Position numbers and translations under genes: made by a program
NCBI GenBank assembly: GCA_043801585.1
Contig: JAZDLX010000073.1
Coordinates: forward strand, 1 to 19,407
DNA: 19,407 nucleotides
Direction: 5' to 3'
Origin: a bacterium
Lineage (GTDB): Bacteria > Electryoneota > Electryoneia > Electryoneales > Electryoneaceae
The notes under the pieces: model-generated
The model's database searches: none
What the model was told of the DNA's origin: nothing
Seen by the model: the letters and a program-made list of their open reading frames with translations, nothing else
Part shown: positions 16,436 to 19,407 of the stretch, in pieces
How the letters are laid out: each line of letters begins with the position of its first letter
Numbering within the stretch: position 1 is the first letter of the stretch

Positions 16436-18757
16436 TCAGCGCTTGTGCTTGCTGCTCAAAACGGGTCCGCGAGATGTGGACACCGTGGTCCACTCCGAGG
16501 GCATATCCACCTGGACCTCGTTGTAGATTGTTACATAGATACCGTCGATCGTGCAGACCCTCCACCATGTGCCGTCACCGGAACTGGGAACGGTCACCTG
16601 CTGAACAAGTCCGTTCTCGTTGTAGATGCTGACCGTCGCTCCGCTGCCCGCGATATCCGGATAACCGGAGTAGTTGTGCACGTAGTAGGCATAGGTGCCG
16701 TCCACCATCTGGTAGATGGTAATCGTCTCCGGCCCGTATCCATTCGTATCGTCCACATCAAGCGTGGCATAAGGTGGATCGGTGACTTCCCCTCGACCTC
16801 CATACCAGACGTGGTAAGGTATTTCGTTGATCGGAGGTATAAACAGATGGCTGTCCAGATCGTACGGTTGTTCTCCCCAACTCAGAACGAATCGATAGGC
16901 GCCTTCACCCGGGTTCAGCACAGGCGACAGGCTGACATAGACGTAGGACCAGGTGTCCGATTCAACGTACACTTCCTGAGAGGTGTCGTAGAACTCATTT
17001 AAGGTGAAGGAAATGATCCTTTGTCCAGCGACTACTTCCATCTCGAAATACCCGTACTCATTGGACGTCGTGGAAGCGCCGTCATCCGAGCTGATGCTGA
17101 CACCACTCAGGGGATTACTGTCCACCGCATTGGTGAGGTATCCAGCCACCCAACCGTTCCCGGTTGCGACAGGCTGCAATTGGATGAACACATAGTTGGT
17201 CGTGTTACTATAGCAGTAGGCTTCCCCGGAACCGTCATAGTACCCAGCCACAGACGCATAGAAAACGCGGTATCCTGCGTTGACGTCGAAGGTAAACATC
17301 CCGTTCGAATCGGTCATTGAGCTTGATCCGTCATCACTGGAGACCGAGACGTCTGAAATCGGATTTCCAGACTGGAAATCGGAAACATATCCCACAACCA
17401 GTGCAAGATCGCCGCCTACTGGAGCGAGCCGGAAGTCATACTGTATCTCCTGACCACCTTGCAGATAGAATTGGACCGAGGAGCTGGAATAATCAACAGC
17501 CGTGGCGGTAATCGTCCGGTTGCCTTCGCCCACGATGAGAGTATAGTAGCCGTTATAATCCGTGTACGTTTGAGCGCCATCATCGGAGGAAACCGACGCG
17601 CCGCCAATCGGATTGCTGTTCGAATCGTCGAGTACACTCCCAGTGATTGTGGCAGTGTTGCTGACGCTCGAGCTCAAATTGAAATCGAGCGTTACAGAGA
17701 TGTTGGCGTAAACATGCACCTCTTGCATCTGGTTTTCGTATCCAGAGTACCCAGCGGTGATATTATAATCACCCGGCAACAGGTTCAGGCTGTACCAGCC
17801 CTCCGAGTTGGTGACCGTACTGCCGTTCATCTCGGTCCAAACGTCCGCACCTGCCAGTGGATCATTCGTGTCGACATCCCGTACGTACCCCTTGACCTCG
17901 CCCGTTTGTGCCGTGGACGGTATCAGGTTAATGGGCAGGTTGACATTCTGATCGGCAACCACCTGAACCGATGACGAGTAGGTCTCGTAACCGTCAGCGG
18001 TGGCGGTAACCGTCCTCACTCCTGCCTGCACATTGTTCAAGACATAGCTTCCATCGGATGTTGTTGTCGATTGGCTATCATCGGTGGAGACTGTGACTGA
18101 TGCCATAATGAGATTGCTCGTTCCCGCCTGGAAGATCGAACCGGAAATCGAACCCGTCCCGGACGTGACCGGCTGCATAAAGACGTTCAACGTCGCCGAT
18201 TGGCCCGCGATCACGTTCACCGTCTGGCTGTACTCCTGAAATCCTTCCGCGGTAAAAATGACCATTCGAGATCCGATTTGGACATTCTCGAGATGATAGG
18301 TTCCGTTGTTCGTGACAGCCGAGGAACCATCATCTGCATTGATATGAACCTCAACTGTAATGGTTTCGCTCGTGGCACCGTCGCGGATGGTTCCCTGAAT
18401 CGCGCCGGTCAACGGTTGCATGTATACGTCCAAGGTCACCGTCTCACCCGACCCTACGTTGATCGTTCGGGAATAGTCCTGGAATCCCTGTGCAGAAAAA
18501 TTCACCGTTCGGGAGCCGCTCTCGACGCTCTCAAGGCGATAGGTACCATTGCTTGTGGAAGTGGATGTACCATCGTCCGCATTGACATTCACGATAACGG
18601 TGAGAAGATTGTTCGTTGAACCGTTGCGAATCATACCCTGAATGGTTCCGGGGTCTTTGCCAAGATTCAGAAGCTGATCACATCCACTGAGAAGAATCAC
18701 TCCCGCCATCAGTAGCAGAACACTCCCACTGCGGAAAAATCTCTTACCACCCCTCAT
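16436..18757 (-). CDS. Surface lipoprotein with seven carboxypeptidase-regulatory-like (prealbumin/Cna-B-type) repeats and a C-terminal YfaP/DUF2135-like domain
   Basis: AAGGAGGA RBS (18761-18768). Lipobox ILLSG/C (Cys26). Seven ~82-aa repeats of the form G.I.G.V.D.....PI....V..DDG....T...G.Y.L....G.R.......GY. C-terminal RFVLSWGEQPYDLDSHL...LDVDDTNGYGPETITI...Y.YYVHNYS. Confidence 0.85.
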   Translation of the reverse strand: MRGGKRFFRSGSVLLLMAGVILLSGCDQLLNLGKDPGTIQGMIRNGSTNNLLTVIVNVNADDGTSTSTSNGTYRLESVESGSRTVNFSAQGFQDYSRTINVGSGETVTLDVYMQPLTGAIQGTIRDGATSETITVEVHINADDGSSAVTNNGTYHLENVQIGSRMVIFTAEGFQEYSQTVNVIAGQSATLNVFMQPVTSGTGSISGSIFQAGTSNLIMASVTVSTDDSQSTTTSDGSYVLNNVQAGVRTVTATADGYETYSSSVQVVADQNVNLPINLIPSTAQTGEVKGYVRDVDTNDPLAGADVWTEMNGSTVTNSEGWYSLNLLPGDYNITAGYSGYENQMQEVHVYANISVTLDFNLSSSVSNTATITGSVLDDSNSNPIGGASVSSDDGAQTYTDYNGYYTLIVGEGNRTITATAVDYSSSSVQFYLQGGQEIQYDFRLAPVGGDLALVVGYVSDFQSGNPISDVSVSSDDGSSSMTDSNGMFTFDVNAGYRVFYASVAGYYDGSGEAYCYSNTTNYVFIQLQPVATGNGWVAGYLTNAVDSNPLSGVSISSDDGASTTSNEYGYFEMEVVAGQRIISFTLNEFYDTSQEVYVESDTWSYVYVSLSPVLNPGEGAYRFVLSWGEQPYDLDSHLFIPPINEIPYHVWYGGRGEVTDPPYATLDVDDTNGYGPETITIYQMVDGTYAYYVHNYSGYPDIAGSGATVSIYNENGLVQQVTVPSSGDGTWWRVCTIDGIYVTIYNEVQVDMPSEWTTVSTSRGPVLSSKHKR
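16920..18649 (-). repeat. Seven diverged intragenic tandem domain repeats (~245-250 nt period)
   Basis: Repeats begin GTIQG, GAIQG, GSISG, GEVKG, ATITG, ALVVG and GWVAG. A DDG/DDS motif is present in six of seven. Boundaries are approximate. Confidence 0.75.
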
Positions 18758-19407
18758 CTTTCCTCCTTAGGATCGACCTTGCACGAGCCTCCTGAAACAG
18801 GCAGTGCATACTTTTGGAATGAGCTGAACCAAGCTTTCACAGGTCTTCAGGTTACCGGGGATTGCCTTGAAGACGAATTAGGATCGTCGACAGGCAATCA
18901 CTGTTCATATGAATCTGTCATCCAAGTGATATGGACTTTACTGAAAATGGTTTAAAAACCTGATGTTACAAACTTTTCACCGGAAGTACCCTGTGGATAC
19001 TGCAAGGAATGGGTCCGATGAGGTGAAATTCCTGCTTTATCAAGTGCAAGCTAAACACAAAATACGCAAAACCATTCATCTGTTCGTGCTCCGGATCACA
19101 TTTCAACCTTATTCCTCTCGTTCCCTTTAAGGTGAGGAGTAGCCACTCACGCCTCACACATTTGGACGGCTACTCTTGAAACGGGATGAAGCAGCTTCAT
19201 CTTCGCGGGTGCCGAAGCACTCGAGCGGATTTCTGCCGAAAAGAGAATTTGTCTGGGATATTGGGAGGCGAATAACGCGTTAGCAGCGGTCATTCTATCA
19301 TGCAACTTATAGTCTTCATTGATTTTACCAACTTTGTTCAGGCCAAACCACACCTTTTCATCATCCGGTACAGGTTGCTTCGGTTGATCCCTGTTTCACG
19401 TGCTGCC

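Noticed and set aside
16346..17002. 218-aa plus-strand ORF (and 16362..16568 minus-strand ORF) with apparently repeated peptide
   Set aside because: The similarity is an artefact of reading through the 19-bp inverted repeat. The rest is antisense to, or overlapping, the lipoprotein gene.
19040..19100. ACGCAAAACC resembling a c-di-GMP-I riboswitch core
   Set aside because: It lacks the GNRA-capped P2 stem and P3 pairing, and is on the wrong strand for the adjacent lipoprotein gene.
18966..19353. Short minus-strand ORFs (63 and 68 aa)
   Set aside because: No motifs or clear RBS. The 68-aa frame is closed upstream by a stop at 19396-19398, so it is not the tail of a larger gene.
1..19407. CRISPR array, tRNA/rRNA, IS element, prophage or defence genes
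   Set aside because: No regularly spaced repeats, cloverleaf or rRNA signatures, or transposase, integrase or nuclease motifs were seen.

Overview
A roughly mid-50s %GC bacterial window (estimated by eye) with ten credible genes and no rRNA, tRNA, CRISPR array, transposase or phage genes. Left to right: an uncharacterised ~8-TM membrane protein; a convergent, probably exported MsrA; a DUF47 + PiT phosphate-transport pair; a large beta-propeller/Y_Y_Y membrane sensor that ends after its HisKA (DHp) domain with no ATP-binding domain; a translationally coupled sucrose operon on the minus strand (PfkB fructokinase-like kinase, bidomain SPS-SPP, sucrose synthase); a divergent GH31-fold lipoprotein; and a convergent lipoprotein with seven beta-sandwich repeats. 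The most striking observations are (1) the intact GH31 lipoprotein has lost both catalytic aspartates and most active-site pocket residues, so it looks like a pseudoenzyme, and (2) the sensor cannot autophosphorylate. These two extracytoplasmic 'disarmed' proteins flank the sucrose operon. A functional link between them is a hypothesis only. All family assignments come from motifs recognised by eye, not from database searches.
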